A stretch of DNA of 24,124 nucleotides from Candidatus Xenobia bacterium (lineage in GTDB: Bacteria > Vulcanimicrobiota > Xenobia > Xenobiales > QWHO01): assembly GCA_045863235.1 (NCBI GenBank), contig BTUM01000106.1, positions 1-24,124 of the forward strand. Reading direction: 5' to 3'. The position numbers and the translations under genes are program-made. The notes below the pieces were generated by a model. It was not told the origin of the DNA. It did no database searches and was given only the letters and a program-made list of their open reading frames with translations. Positions 1 to 8,671 of this stretch are shown piece by piece (the stretch's first letter is position 1; the number at the start of each line of letters is the position of its first letter).

Positions 1-162
1 TGAGGCAGGGCAAGTGCGCCTCATGAGGCGCGATCCCGGTGCCTCAGGGCAGGGGGATCGGTGAGGCAGGGCAAGTGCGCCTCATGAGGCGCGATCCCGG
101 TGCCTCAGGGCAGGGGCTCGGTGAGGCAGGGCAAATGCGCCTCATGAGGCGCGATCCCGGTG
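1..162. repeat. Tandem array of ~60-bp palindromic (REP-like) units; may continue beyond the window edge
   Basis: Units start at 1, 62 and 122 (the third is partial). Each contains the perfect palindrome GCGCCTCATGAGGCGC (16-31, 77-92, 137-152). The two full units add outer arms TGAGGCA...TGCCTCA. Confidence 0.95.
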
Positions 163-177
163 TTGAGCCCTCCACTC

Positions 178-204
178 AAACAAAAAGAGCCCTTTCGGGC
201 TCTT
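178..204 (-). terminator. Rho-independent terminator of rpsB-tsf
   Basis: Minus strand reads AAGAGCCC-GAAA-GGGCTCTT followed by TTTGTTT, about 20 nt after the tsf stop. Confidence 0.9.
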
Positions 205-224
205 CTTGTCGAGGTCGGAACGCT

Positions 225-818
225 CTATTCGCCCAGTACGAAGCGGGCGAAGCGCTTGACCTGGATGTTCTCGCCGGTCTTGGCGATGGTTTCCTTGACC
301 AGGTCCATGACCTTCTTGGACTGGTCGCGCATGTAAGGCTGCTCGAGCAGGCACTGCTGCTCGAAGTATTTCTCCACCTTGCCGGCCGCGATCTTGTCCG
401 CCATGTGCTCGGGCTTGCCCTCTTCCAGGACGGCCTGGCGGTAGCCGGCCTGCTCCTTGGCGATGAGGTCCTGGGGAACGTCCTCGCGCTTGACGTACAG
501 GGGCGACATGGCGGCCACCTGCATGGCCAGCTCGACGCAAAGCTTCTGGAAGTCTTCGGTCTTGGCCACGAAGTCGGTCTCACAGTTGACCTCGATCAGC
601 ACGCCCAGCTTGCCACCGGGGTGGATGTAGCTGGCCACCTGACCCTCGGAAGTGGCGCGGGTGGCCTTCTTCTCGGCCTTGGCGATGCCTTTCTGGCGCA
701 GCCAGTCGGCCGCCTGGTCGAGATTGCCCTCGTTCTTGTCGAGCGCCTCGCGGCAGTCCATGATGCCGGCGCCGGTGCGGGCGCGCAGCTCCTTAACGTT
801 CTCTGCAGTACTAGCCAT
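225..818 (-). CDS. tsf: Elongation factor Ts (short, 197 aa form)
   Basis: Motifs VKELRARTGAGIMDC, EVNCETDFVAK and C-terminal VKRFARFVLGE; AGGAG RBS; lies downstream of rpsB. Confidence 0.98.
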   Translation of the reverse strand: MASTAENVKELRARTGAGIMDCREALDKNEGNLDQAADWLRQKGIAKAEKKATRATSEGQVASYIHPGGKLGVLIEVNCETDFVAKTEDFQKLCVELAMQVAAMSPLYVKREDVPQDLIAKEQAGYRQAVLEEGKPEHMADKIAAGKVEKYFEQQCLLEQPYMRDQSKKVMDLVKETIAKTGENIQVKRFARFVLGE

Positions 819-843
819 GGTCTATCTCCTTCAGCTCCCAGTA

Positions 844-1749
844 TCAGTCTTCGGCGCGCCAGACGCCCAGGCGAACCTCTTCGGTCTCGCCTTCCTCGGT
901 GGTGTAGGTGACCAGCTCGGTCTCCACGGTCTCGCTGACCGGGGGCACAGCCGAGCCGTCGGCAACGATCTCGCCCTCGACCGGAGTCTGCAGCGAGGCG
1001 GCGCCCAGCTCGGCCTCGATCTCGGCCTTGGCCTCGATGATGGCGTCGGCGATCTTGCCGGTGATCAGGCGCACGGCGCGGATGGCGTCGTCGTTGCCGG
1101 GAATGGGATAGTCGATCTCGTCCGGGTCGCAATTGGTATCCACGATGGCCACCACCGGGATGCCCAGCTTGCGGGCTTCGGTCACGGCGATGTGCTCTTT
1201 GCGCGGGTCGACCACGTAGATGGCTCCGGGCAGAGCGGGCATGTCCTTGATGCCGCCCAGGAACTTTTCCAGCTTGCGACGCTCGTCCTCGAGCATCTTG
1301 ACCTCTTTCTTGGGAAGGCGGTCGAACACGCCGACGGTCTTCATCTCCTCGAGGTTCTTCAAGCGCTGTACGCGCTTCTGGATGGTCTTGTAGTTGGTGA
1401 GCATGCCACCCAGCCAGCGCTGGGTCACGAAATACTCGCCGCAGCGCTGGGCGTCTTCCTTGACGGTGTCCATGGCCTGCTTCTTGGTGCCCACGAACAG
1501 GATGGGGCGGGGCTCGCCTACGGGCGTCTCGGTCATGCGGAACTCTTCATAGTCGAAGCAGCCACGCGCCACGGCCTTGACGAAGTTGTAGGCCTCCTTC
1601 ATCTTGATGACGGTCTTCTGCAGGTCGATGATGTAGATGCCGTTTCGCTCGGTGAAGATGTAGCGCGACATCTTGGGGTTCCAGCGGCGGGTCTGGTGGC
1701 CGAAGTGTACGCCGGCCTCCAGGAGCTGCTTCATGCTGATCAAAGCCAT
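844..1749 (-). CDS. rpsB: 30S ribosomal protein S2
   Basis: Motifs [31 protein letters not shown] and [12 protein letters not shown]. Start placed at 1749 behind an AAGGAG RBS rather than the ORF-track start at 1830. Confidence 0.98.
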   Translation of the reverse strand: MALISMKQLLEAGVHFGHQTRRWNPKMSRYIFTERNGIYIIDLQKTVIKMKEAYNFVKAVARGCFDYEEFRMTETPVGEPRPILFVGTKKQAMDTVKEDAQRCGEYFVTQRWLGGMLTNYKTIQKRVQRLKNLEEMKTVGVFDRLPKKEVKMLEDERRKLEKFLGGIKDMPALPGAIYVVDPRKEHIAVTEARKLGIPVVAIVDTNCDPDEIDYPIPGNDDAIRAVRLITGKIADAIIEAKAEIEAELGAASLQTPVEGEIVADGSAVPPVSETVETELVTYTTEEGETEEVRLGVWRAED

Positions 1750-1886
1750 GAGATTCTCCTTACGTTTCCAGGTTGTCTGATACCCTCGCGACCTCTCCCC
1801 GCTGGGGAGTCCCGCTTGGCCCGAAGGCACCTGGACGGGAGGTGGCCGCTGTGAGATATACAGTCCGCCCTTTGCAAGGCGGACCA
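1750..1886 (-). promoter_or_regulatory. Structured 5' leader of rpsB (candidate autoregulatory RNA)
   Basis: Hairpin GTCCGCCTT-GCAA-AGGGCGGAC (1863-1884), hairpins GCC-TTCG-GGC and CTCCCC-AGC-GGGGAG, and long-range pairing TCCAGGT/ACCTGGA just before the RBS. Confidence 0.55.
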
Positions 1887-1893
1887 GTGTCAG

Positions 1894-1922
1894 ATTCTAC
1901 GGGTTTGTTACCCTTTCGTCAA
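1894..1922 (-). promoter_or_regulatory. Sigma70-type promoter of rpsB-tsf
   Basis: TTGACG-N17-TAGAAT on the minus strand. Confidence 0.85.
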
Positions 1923-1926
1923 GAGG

Positions 1927-2463
1927 TCAATAGCGTCCCTTGACCACGACCTCCCGTCCGATGACCGCATCCGGGAAGCGGGGGATCTGAAAGCGCACCG
2001 TCAAGACCCAGCGAATGGTCAGGTTGCCCTCCCGGTCGGTGGCCAACCCGTCGGGGCTGACCTGAAGCTCCTCGGAGAACATCTCCGGCTGGCCGGCCTG
2101 GAGGGTCCGGCCAACCGGGATGAGCCAGCTGTTCTTGACCACCGTGTCGTACTCCACGCGACTTCGCTTGCCCCAGCTGTTGCGATTGTCGAGGAACCAC
2201 TCGGTCTGCTCGTCCAGTCCGTGAGCCCCCTGGAACTCGCGGCGACGGCACTCGAGCACCAGCTCGATAGCGTCCAGCGCGACCTCCTGGCGGGGCTCCA
2301 CCCGCACGAAGACCTTGAAAGGCTGGCCAACCCGGGGTGTCTCCGGGTCGAGCTTGAGAGTGGGGGCCAGTGCCTGGCTGGCGGCCGAGCGGAGCATCAG
2401 GAAGACTCCCGTCCCCACCCCGAGCACCAGACACCCGAAGAAGATGACGCCCAGCGGCTCCAT
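1927..2463 (-). CDS. Hypothetical membrane-anchored protein with a probable beta-sandwich (arrestin/Spo0M-like) domain
   Basis: N-terminal hydrophobic helix followed by alternating beta-strand patterns; starts 3 nt after the preA stop. Confidence 0.7.
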   Translation of the reverse strand: MEPLGVIFFGCLVLGVGTGVFLMLRSAASQALAPTLKLDPETPRVGQPFKVFVRVEPRQEVALDAIELVLECRRREFQGAHGLDEQTEWFLDNRNSWGKRSRVEYDTVVKNSWLIPVGRTLQAGQPEMFSEELQVSPDGLATDREGNLTIRWVLTVRFQIPRFPDAVIGREVVVKGRY

Positions 2464-2466
2464 CCG

Positions 2467-3756
2467 CTACATGTAAGCCTCGTCGCCCTCGTGCAGGGGA
2501 TAGTTTCCACGCGGGGTCTCGCCGGCGGCCACGTACTCCTTGAACGACTTCACCGGTTGGCCGTTACGGGTCTGCATGCTGATGCAGTGGGGCACCGGGC
2601 AGACCAGGCTGCACAGGTTGCAGCCCACGCAGGTGGCCTCGTCGATGCGGGGCACGCGCGAGCCCTCCACCAGGCGGATGCTCTGGTGGGCGGCGTCCTC
2701 GCAGGCGATGTAGCAGAGTTGACAGCCGATACAGCGGTCGGGCTCGATGTGGGCCACGATGCGGTAGTTGAGGTCGAGCTCGCCCCAGTCGCGCATGCGG
2801 TTGGAGGCCAGACCTCGGAAGTCGGCGATGGTCTTGAAACCCTTGGAGTCCATCCAGCGGCTGAGGCCATCGATCAGATCCCCTACCATGCGAAAGCCGT
2901 ACTTCATGGCCGCGGTGCAGACCTGCACGCTGGTCGAGCCCATGGCGATGAACTCGGCCGCGTCCGACCAGCTCTCGATGCCCCCGATGCCGGAGATGGG
3001 GAGCTTGAACTCGGGGTGGTGCGCCAGGCTGCCCACCATGTTCAGTGCGATCGGCTTGACAGCGGGGCCGCAGTAGCCTCCGTGAGCCGAGTGGCCGTGC
3101 ACGTTGGGGTTGGGCACCAGGCTGTCGAGGTTGACGCCAGTCACCGAGTTGATGGTGTTGATCAGCGCCACCCCGTCGGCTCCGCCCCGCTGGGCGGCCA
3201 GTCCCGGGTAAACCACGTCGGCCACGTTGGGGGTCAACTTGACCAGCACGGGGATCCGGGCCGCTTCCTTGACCCACTCGGTGATCTGGCAGGTGTACTC
3301 GGGCACCTGGCCCACCGCCGAGCCCATGCCGCGCTCGGACATGCCGTGGGGACAGCCGAAGTTGAGCTCGATGCCATCGGCCCCCGTGTCGTTCACGCGC
3401 TTGACGATGTCGTGCCACTTCTCGCGGCTCGACTCGACCATCAGCGAGGCCACCACGGCCCGGTCCGGCCAGCGCTTCTTGACCTCACGAATCTCCTTGA
3501 GGTTGACCTCGATCGGACGGTCGGTGATCAGCTCGATGTTGTTGAGCCCCATGACCCGCTGACCCTTGTATCCCAGGGCGCCGTAACGCGAGTTCACGTT
3601 CACGATGGGATCGCCGATGGTCTTCCAGACCACCCCGCCCCAGCCGGCCTCAAAGGCGCGGTCGGCCTGGTAGCCGGTGTTGGTGGGCGGCCCCGAGGCC
3701 AGCCAGAACGGATTGGGCGAGCGAATGCCGGCCATGTTGATGGACAGATCGGCCAT
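2467..3756 (-). CDS. preA: NAD-dependent dihydropyrimidine dehydrogenase subunit PreA
   Basis: Motifs NPFWLASGPPT, GLNNIELITDR, ELNFGCPHGMSERGMG, and two C-terminal ferredoxin motifs (CIGCQLC, CVGCNLC). Start at MADLSIN, 4 nt after the preT stop. Confidence 0.95.
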   Translation of the reverse strand: MADLSINMAGIRSPNPFWLASGPPTNTGYQADRAFEAGWGGVVWKTIGDPIVNVNSRYGALGYKGQRVMGLNNIELITDRPIEVNLKEIREVKKRWPDRAVVASLMVESSREKWHDIVKRVNDTGADGIELNFGCPHGMSERGMGSAVGQVPEYTCQITEWVKEAARIPVLVKLTPNVADVVYPGLAAQRGGADGVALINTINSVTGVNLDSLVPNPNVHGHSAHGGYCGPAVKPIALNMVGSLAHHPEFKLPISGIGGIESWSDAAEFIAMGSTSVQVCTAAMKYGFRMVGDLIDGLSRWMDSKGFKTIADFRGLASNRMRDWGELDLNYRIVAHIEPDRCIGCQLCYIACEDAAHQSIRLVEGSRVPRIDEATCVGCNLCSLVCPVPHCISMQTRNGQPVKSFKEYVAAGETPRGNYPLHEGDEAYM

Positions 3757-3760
3757 GATC

Positions 3761-5113
3761 TCAGGCCCCCTTCCCATTGAGATAGGCGTGGATCGAGCGG
3801 GCGGCATCGCGCCCGTGGGCCACGGCATTGACCACTTCCTTGCCTCCGTTGAGGCAGTCGCCCCCGGCGAAGTAGCGGGGGTTACCGGTCTGGTAGCTCT
3901 CACTCACCACCACTTTGCCCGACTTGAGCACCAATCCCTTGACCTGCGAGAGCAGGCTCTCCTGGCTCTCCTGCCCGGTCGCCTTGATGACCAGGTCGGC
4001 CGGCATCTCGAACTCCGAGCCGGGGACCGGCACCGGGCGGGGCCGCCCGCTGGCATCCGGCTCGCCCGGCTGCATCTTCTGGCAGCGAAGGCCGGTGACT
4101 TTGTCGCCGCCGAGCACGGCCACGGGGTGGGTGAACCAGGCGAAGTCCACCCGGTCCTTGAGGGCCAGCTCATACTCGAACTCGTAGGCGGGCATCTCCT
4201 CGCGGCCGCGCCGGTAGACGATGGTCACCTGCTCGGCCCCCAGCCGGGAGGCCTCGGTGGCCGCGTCGATGGCGGTGTTGCCCGCCCCCACCACCACCAC
4301 CCGGCGTCCTACCTTCATCTCGTGGTAGGGCTTGCTGCGCAGCTCCTCGATCCACTCGGTCGCGCCCACCACCCCGGGAAGATCCTCGCCGGGGATCTGG
4401 AGCTTTCTGGAGCTCCCCAGACCCACACCCAGGAAGATGGCTGCGAACTCCTTCTCCAGCTCCTCCAGGGTCACGTCCCGACCGACGCGCACGCCCGCTT
4501 TCAGCGTGAAGCCCGCCGTCTTGCGCAGGTACTCCACCTCGTCTCTGGCTTCCTGATTGGTCATCTTGTAAGGAGCGATGCCGTAGCGGTTCAGACCCCC
4601 GGGCTCGGGTTTGTCGTCGAAAACCACCACCTGATAACCCAGCAGGCCCAGTTCGGTGGCCGCGGCCAAGCCCGCGGGGCCGGCTCCCACCACCGCCACC
4701 GAGCGCCCGTTGGGGGGGGCGGGCGGGCCTAACACCTGGATGTCGTGCTTCATGACGTGGTCGGTGGCGTAGCGCTGCAGGCGACCGATGTCGATGGCAG
4801 GCATCCCCATCTGGTGCATCACGCACATCCCCTCGCACAGCACCTCGGTGGGACACACCCGGGCGCAGCTCGCGCCCAGCGCGTTGGCTTCCAGGATGGT
4901 GCGCGCCGCCCCGGCCACGTTGCGGGTACCGATGCGACGGATGAACTCGGGCACGTCGATGTGGGTGGGACAGGCCTGCATGCAGGGGGCCTCATAGCAG
5001 TAGAGGCAGCGGTTGGCCTCCACCACCGCATACTCGTCGGAAAGAGGGGGCTTGATGTCGGCGAATTGCGCCTCCGGGTCGTGGGTGCGGCGATCCAGAT
5101 CTTGCTCGAGCAT
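3761..5113 (-). CDS. preT: Dihydropyrimidine dehydrogenase subunit PreT (GltD-like Fe-S flavoprotein)
   Basis: Motifs EANRCLYCYEAPCMQACP, CARVCPTEVLCEGMC, GAGPAG and GAGNTAID; AAGGAGG RBS before ATG 5113; adjacent to preA. Confidence 0.92.
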   Translation of the reverse strand: MLEQDLDRRTHDPEAQFADIKPPLSDEYAVVEANRCLYCYEAPCMQACPTHIDVPEFIRRIGTRNVAGAARTILEANALGASCARVCPTEVLCEGMCVMHQMGMPAIDIGRLQRYATDHVMKHDIQVLGPPAPPNGRSVAVVGAGPAGLAAATELGLLGYQVVVFDDKPEPGGLNRYGIAPYKMTNQEARDEVEYLRKTAGFTLKAGVRVGRDVTLEELEKEFAAIFLGVGLGSSRKLQIPGEDLPGVVGATEWIEELRSKPYHEMKVGRRVVVVGAGNTAIDAATEASRLGAEQVTIVYRRGREEMPAYEFEYELALKDRVDFAWFTHPVAVLGGDKVTGLRCQKMQPGEPDASGRPRPVPVPGSEFEMPADLVIKATGQESQESLLSQVKGLVLKSGKVVVSESYQTGNPRYFAGGDCLNGGKEVVNAVAHGRDAARSIHAYLNGKGA

Positions 5114-5281
5114 GCTGACCTCCTTGCATGGTGGACGGGGTACCTTCGGCTGAGAGGGCACAACCCCCTGGAGCCGGTAGCGGGTATCAGCGACCCGGCC
5201 AGCAGGCCCGCTTCAAGAACACCCGAGTCCATCGACCGGGTCGCGAAGGTCGGGCCGAGGGCATGGCGAAGCCCGCCTGGC

Positions 5282-5857
5282 GTGCCCACCATTGTGTTTC
5301 TTGCGGGCCCGAACGGCGCCGGCAAGACGACCTCGGCGCCTCGGCTGCTGCGCCACGAGTTCGAAGTCGTGGAATACGTCAATGCAGACGTGATCGCTTC
5401 GGGCATCTCGGCATTCAACCCTGAGAGCGCTGCGCTCGAGGCAGGTCGGGTTCTGCTTGCGCGAACCCGCGCTCTGGCCTCAAGACGAGTGAGCTTCTCG
5501 GTCGAAACGACGCTGAGCGGGCGTGCCTACGCGCCATGGCTGAAGCGGCTCATCAGCAGCGGATACGAGTTTTCGCTGCTGTTTCTCTCACTCCCATCCG
5601 AGGAGATGGCCGTGGCCAGGGTCGCCCAGAGAGTGAAGTTGGGCGGCCACGACATCCCCGAGGGGGTCGTTCGGCGACGATTCAGGGCCGGGCTGCGGCA
5701 CTTCTTCGAGCTCTATCAGCCGATCGCCGGTCGCTGGTGCTTTTATGACAACGCGGGCGACGCGCCCAGGCCCCTGGCGCACGGCTCGCGGTTGGCTGTG
5801 CAGTGTGTTCTTGACGAGAGCTCGTGGGGAGGTATTCTGAGAGCATGGAGCCGGTAG
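5282..5857 (+). CDS. Zeta-toxin-like P-loop ATPase/kinase (COG4185-type)
   Basis: Walker A GPNGAGKTT, plus YVNAD, ETTLSG, RVAQRVKLGGHDIPE and YDN. Start uncertain (GTG at 5282). Confidence 0.88.
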   Translation: MPTIVFLAGPNGAGKTTSAPRLLRHEFEVVEYVNADVIASGISAFNPESAALEAGRVLLARTRALASRRVSFSVETTLSGRAYAPWLKRLISSGYEFSLLFLSLPSEEMAVARVAQRVKLGGHDIPEGVVRRRFRAGLRHFFELYQPIAGRWCFYDNAGDAPRPLAHGSRLAVQCVLDESSWGGILRAWSR

Positions 5858-6045
5858 AGCCCAAGGATATTCAGGCGATCTTCGATCACCATCTCGACCG
5901 CATCACGCGAGCCATTGCACTCGGCTCTCGCGACGCGCTGATCAAGCACAAGGCTCTGGGTGTTCCCATCGCGACCTGGCGCGACGGTCAGGTCGTGATC
6001 GTCCCGCCCGAGGAGATCGTGATTCCCGAGATCCCCGACGAATGA
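5845..6045 (+). CDS. Small hypothetical protein, probable partner or antitoxin of the upstream ATPase
   Basis: 66 aa; overlaps the ATPase stop; GGAGG upstream; HKALGVPIATWRDGQVVIVPPEEI resembles small ORFs I recall paired with this ATPase family. Confidence 0.75.
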   Translation: MEPVEPKDIQAIFDHHLDRITRAIALGSRDALIKHKALGVPIATWRDGQVVIVPPEEIVIPEIPDE

Positions 6046-6095
6046 GAAGTAAGATTCTGTGCGGTTTGGCGGGCTAATCCCCAGGGCCATCAGGT

Positions 6096-7541
6096 TTACA
6101 GGATGAACCGGGACAGGTCCTGGTCCTTGAGCACCTCGGCCAGTTGCGAGCGCACGTACTCAGCGTCCACCACCAGGGCACGGTCGGTGCGGTCGGGGGC
6201 GTCGAAGCTGACGTCCTCCAGCACGCGCTCCAGGATGGTGTGCAGGCGCCGGGCGCCGATGTTCTCGGCCTGCTCGTTGACCTGCTGGGCAATTTTGGCC
6301 AGCTCGTCCAGGCCGTCCTCGCTGAAGGTCAGCTCCACCCCCTCGGTGGCGAGAAGGGCTCGGTACTGGCGGGTGAGGGAGTTCTCGGGCTCGGTCAGGA
6401 TGCGCCGGAAGTCGGCGCCGCTCAGGCTCTCGAGCTCGACCCGGATAGGGAATCGGCCCTGCAGCTCGGGGATGAGGTCGGAGGGCTTGCTCATGTGAAA
6501 GGCCCCGGCGGCGATGAACAGGATGTGGTCGGTCTTGACCGGCCCGTGCTTGGTGACCACCGTGGAGCCCTCGATGATGGGCAGGATGTCGCGCTGCACC
6601 CCCTCGCGAGAGACGTCGGGGCCGCTGCCGGACTTCTCGCGGCCGGCGATCTTGTCCACCTCGTCGATGAACACGATCCCGCGACGCTCCACCCGCGCCA
6701 CCGCCTCGCGCTTGACCTCGTCGAGATCGATCAGGCGGCGGGCCTCCTCCATGGAAAGCAGCTTGCGGGCATCCTTCACCTTGACGTTGCGAGCCTTCTT
6801 GCGCTTGGGCAGAAGGCCGCCCAGCACGTCCTGAAAGTTGATCCCCATCTCCTCGAGCCCGAGATTGGAGAAGACCTGGACCTCAGAGCCCACGCTCTCC
6901 TCCACCTCGATCTCGACGTACTGCTCGTCGAGCTCGCCCCGCAGCAATCGAGCGCGCATCTCCTCGCGCTCCTGGTCGAGATCGTCGGAGGGCGGCTCGG
7001 GCTCGGGGGCGGGCTGAGGACGCATCCCGGCCCCGAACAGGGCCTGGAACGGGTTGACCATGGCAGGGGCGCTGGACTTGCTCGGCTTGATCAGCGCCAC
7101 CAGGCGCTCGACGGCAAGCTCGTCGGCTCGCTCCTTGACCGACTCCACCCGCTCCTTCTCCACCATGCGCACGGCCACTTCGGCCAGGTCCCGGATCATG
7201 GAGTCCACGTCGCGGCCCACGTAGCCCACCTCGGTGAACTTGGTGGCCTCCACCTTGACGAAGGGCGCATTGGCCAGTCGCGCCAGGCGGCGAGCGATCT
7301 CGGTCTTGCCCACGCCGGTGGGCCCGATCATCAGGATGTTCTTGGGGATCACCTCGTCGCGCAGGTTGTCCGGCAAGCGCTCGCGACGATAGCGGTTGCG
7401 CAGGGCCACGGCCACGGCCCGCTTGGCCGAGCGCTGGCCGATGATGTAGCGGTCGAGCTCCTCCACCACCTGGCGAGGGGTGAGATCGGTGAAGACGGCC
7501 GGCTCGGCGGCCGTCTCACCGGGCATCGGAATGGGCGTCAT
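6096..7541 (-). CDS. hslU: ATP-dependent protease ATPase subunit HslU (ClpY)
   Basis: Motifs [47 protein letters not shown] and C-terminal DLSRFIL. Confidence 0.98.
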   Translation of the reverse strand: MTPIPMPGETAAEPAVFTDLTPRQVVEELDRYIIGQRSAKRAVAVALRNRYRRERLPDNLRDEVIPKNILMIGPTGVGKTEIARRLARLANAPFVKVEATKFTEVGYVGRDVDSMIRDLAEVAVRMVEKERVESVKERADELAVERLVALIKPSKSSAPAMVNPFQALFGAGMRPQPAPEPEPPSDDLDQEREEMRARLLRGELDEQYVEIEVEESVGSEVQVFSNLGLEEMGINFQDVLGGLLPKRKKARNVKVKDARKLLSMEEARRLIDLDEVKREAVARVERRGIVFIDEVDKIAGREKSGSGPDVSREGVQRDILPIIEGSTVVTKHGPVKTDHILFIAAGAFHMSKPSDLIPELQGRFPIRVELESLSGADFRRILTEPENSLTRQYRALLATEGVELTFSEDGLDELAKIAQQVNEQAENIGARRLHTILERVLEDVSFDAPDRTDRALVVDAEYVRSQLAEVLKDQDLSRFIL

Positions 7542-8659
7542 GGCGTGGCGAACTCGATGCTGTTGATCTCGGCCTTCTCGAGCGTGCGCGTGCCGTCTTT
7601 GTTCTGGATGTCGATCTTGCGGGTCATGAGCAGTCCTTTGTAGGTATCGCCTTTGGCCGTGGTCAGCAGGTCGAGGTCGAGCGTGCCCCCGATGTCGAGG
7701 CGCTTGATCTCTTCCTTCTTGAGGGTCAGGCTGTTGCCCCCGGTCTCGAAACGAAACTCGGGCGTCAGCACGACGCCTTCCACGGTCTCGCTGCCGACGG
7801 CGATGCGATCGACCCCGGCCGTAGCCACCGTGGCAACGGTCGGGGTGGGGGTGGCGACCGGCATGGGGGTGGCCTTGATCCGCCCCCCGGTTCCCACCAC
7901 GGGCGTGGCCGGATTGCCGGTCACAAAGTCGTGCTTGGGCCCGGGCGGGTTGCCCACCTTGTCATAACCGCCCATCCCGGGCACCTCGTAGCCGGCCGAG
8001 AACTCCAGGATGTTGCACTGCAGCCGTTCGCCCGAATAGGCGAGGGTCCACATCAGCGGCTTGAAGACGATCATGCCTCGCCCCTCGTGGCGCACCGCGC
8101 ACAGGGCCGGAGAGTCGTGGGCAAAACGCAGGAGGGGGACGGTATCCGCCTCGACCACCACGGCCGGGTAGCGCTCGCCCTCCGGATCCTTGAGCAGCGG
8201 CAGAAAGACCGTCGCCTCCCCCACCCCGGTCACCATCGGGTGCGAGCCGAAGGCCAGGCCGACCGTGGCCAGGCCGTCATATCCGCGCCCGCCCAGCTTG
8301 CCCGACTCGGGCTTGCCTCGGAACTGCTCTTTGCTCAACTTGTAATCCTTGAACCCGAAGTACTTTTCGGCCAGGCGGGAGTCGTAGAGCCAGAGGGTCT
8401 TGCCCTGACGCACCCAGTCGACCAGGGCCACGGCGGTGGCCTCGGGCACCTCTTCCACCATGGACTGCAGGGCGATCACCCGGATGTCGGGGTCGTGCAC
8501 GTAGCGCTGTACGTCGCCCACGTTGGCGCCTTCGACCACCCGGATGCCCAGTTCTTCCTCTTTGTGGTACTGAGAGCGGAGCGACTCGGCGATCTGGGCG
8601 GCGCCGGGCAGGGCCAGAGTGGCCAGAATCAGACCAGCAACTACAATTCTATTCAACAT
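7538..8659 (-). CDS. Hypothetical secreted protein with a Pro/Thr linker and two C-terminal ~40-aa beta repeats
   Basis: Sec-type signal peptide ([21 protein letters not shown]); ATGA overlap with the hslU start. Confidence 0.8.
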   Translation of the reverse strand: MLNRIVVAGLILATLALPGAAQIAESLRSQYHKEEELGIRVVEGANVGDVQRYVHDPDIRVIALQSMVEEVPEATAVALVDWVRQGKTLWLYDSRLAEKYFGFKDYKLSKEQFRGKPESGKLGGRGYDGLATVGLAFGSHPMVTGVGEATVFLPLLKDPEGERYPAVVVEADTVPLLRFAHDSPALCAVRHEGRGMIVFKPLMWTLAYSGERLQCNILEFSAGYEVPGMGGYDKVGNPPGPKHDFVTGNPATPVVGTGGRIKATPMPVATPTPTVATVATAGVDRIAVGSETVEGVVLTPEFRFETGGNSLTLKKEEIKRLDIGGTLDLDLLTTAKGDTYKGLLMTRKIDIQNKDGTRTLEKAEINSIEFATP

Positions 8660-8671
8660 CGGGCGGTCTTT

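Noticed and set aside
1..162. CRISPR array
   Set aside because: The linkers are only 14-15 nt and nearly identical rather than unique spacers, and there are no cas genes in the window.
4712..4719. G8 run in preT (and the A8 run at 18122-18129 in msrQ) as phase-variation tracts
   Set aside because: The runs are short, in frame, and in metabolic genes; there is no evidence of slippage.
4745..5281. N-terminal extension of the ATPase ORF, and similar ORF-track extensions of rpsB, preA, preT, ctpA, hpf and msrQ
   Set aside because: The extensions overlap other genes or leaders, and family homology and RBS positions point to the downstream starts.
5169..5857. 12-bp direct repeat TGGAGCCGGTAG at 5169-5180 and 5846-5857 as a target-site duplication
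   Set aside because: The second copy lies inside the two-gene cassette rather than at its edge, and a 12-bp match is plausible by chance in GC-rich DNA.
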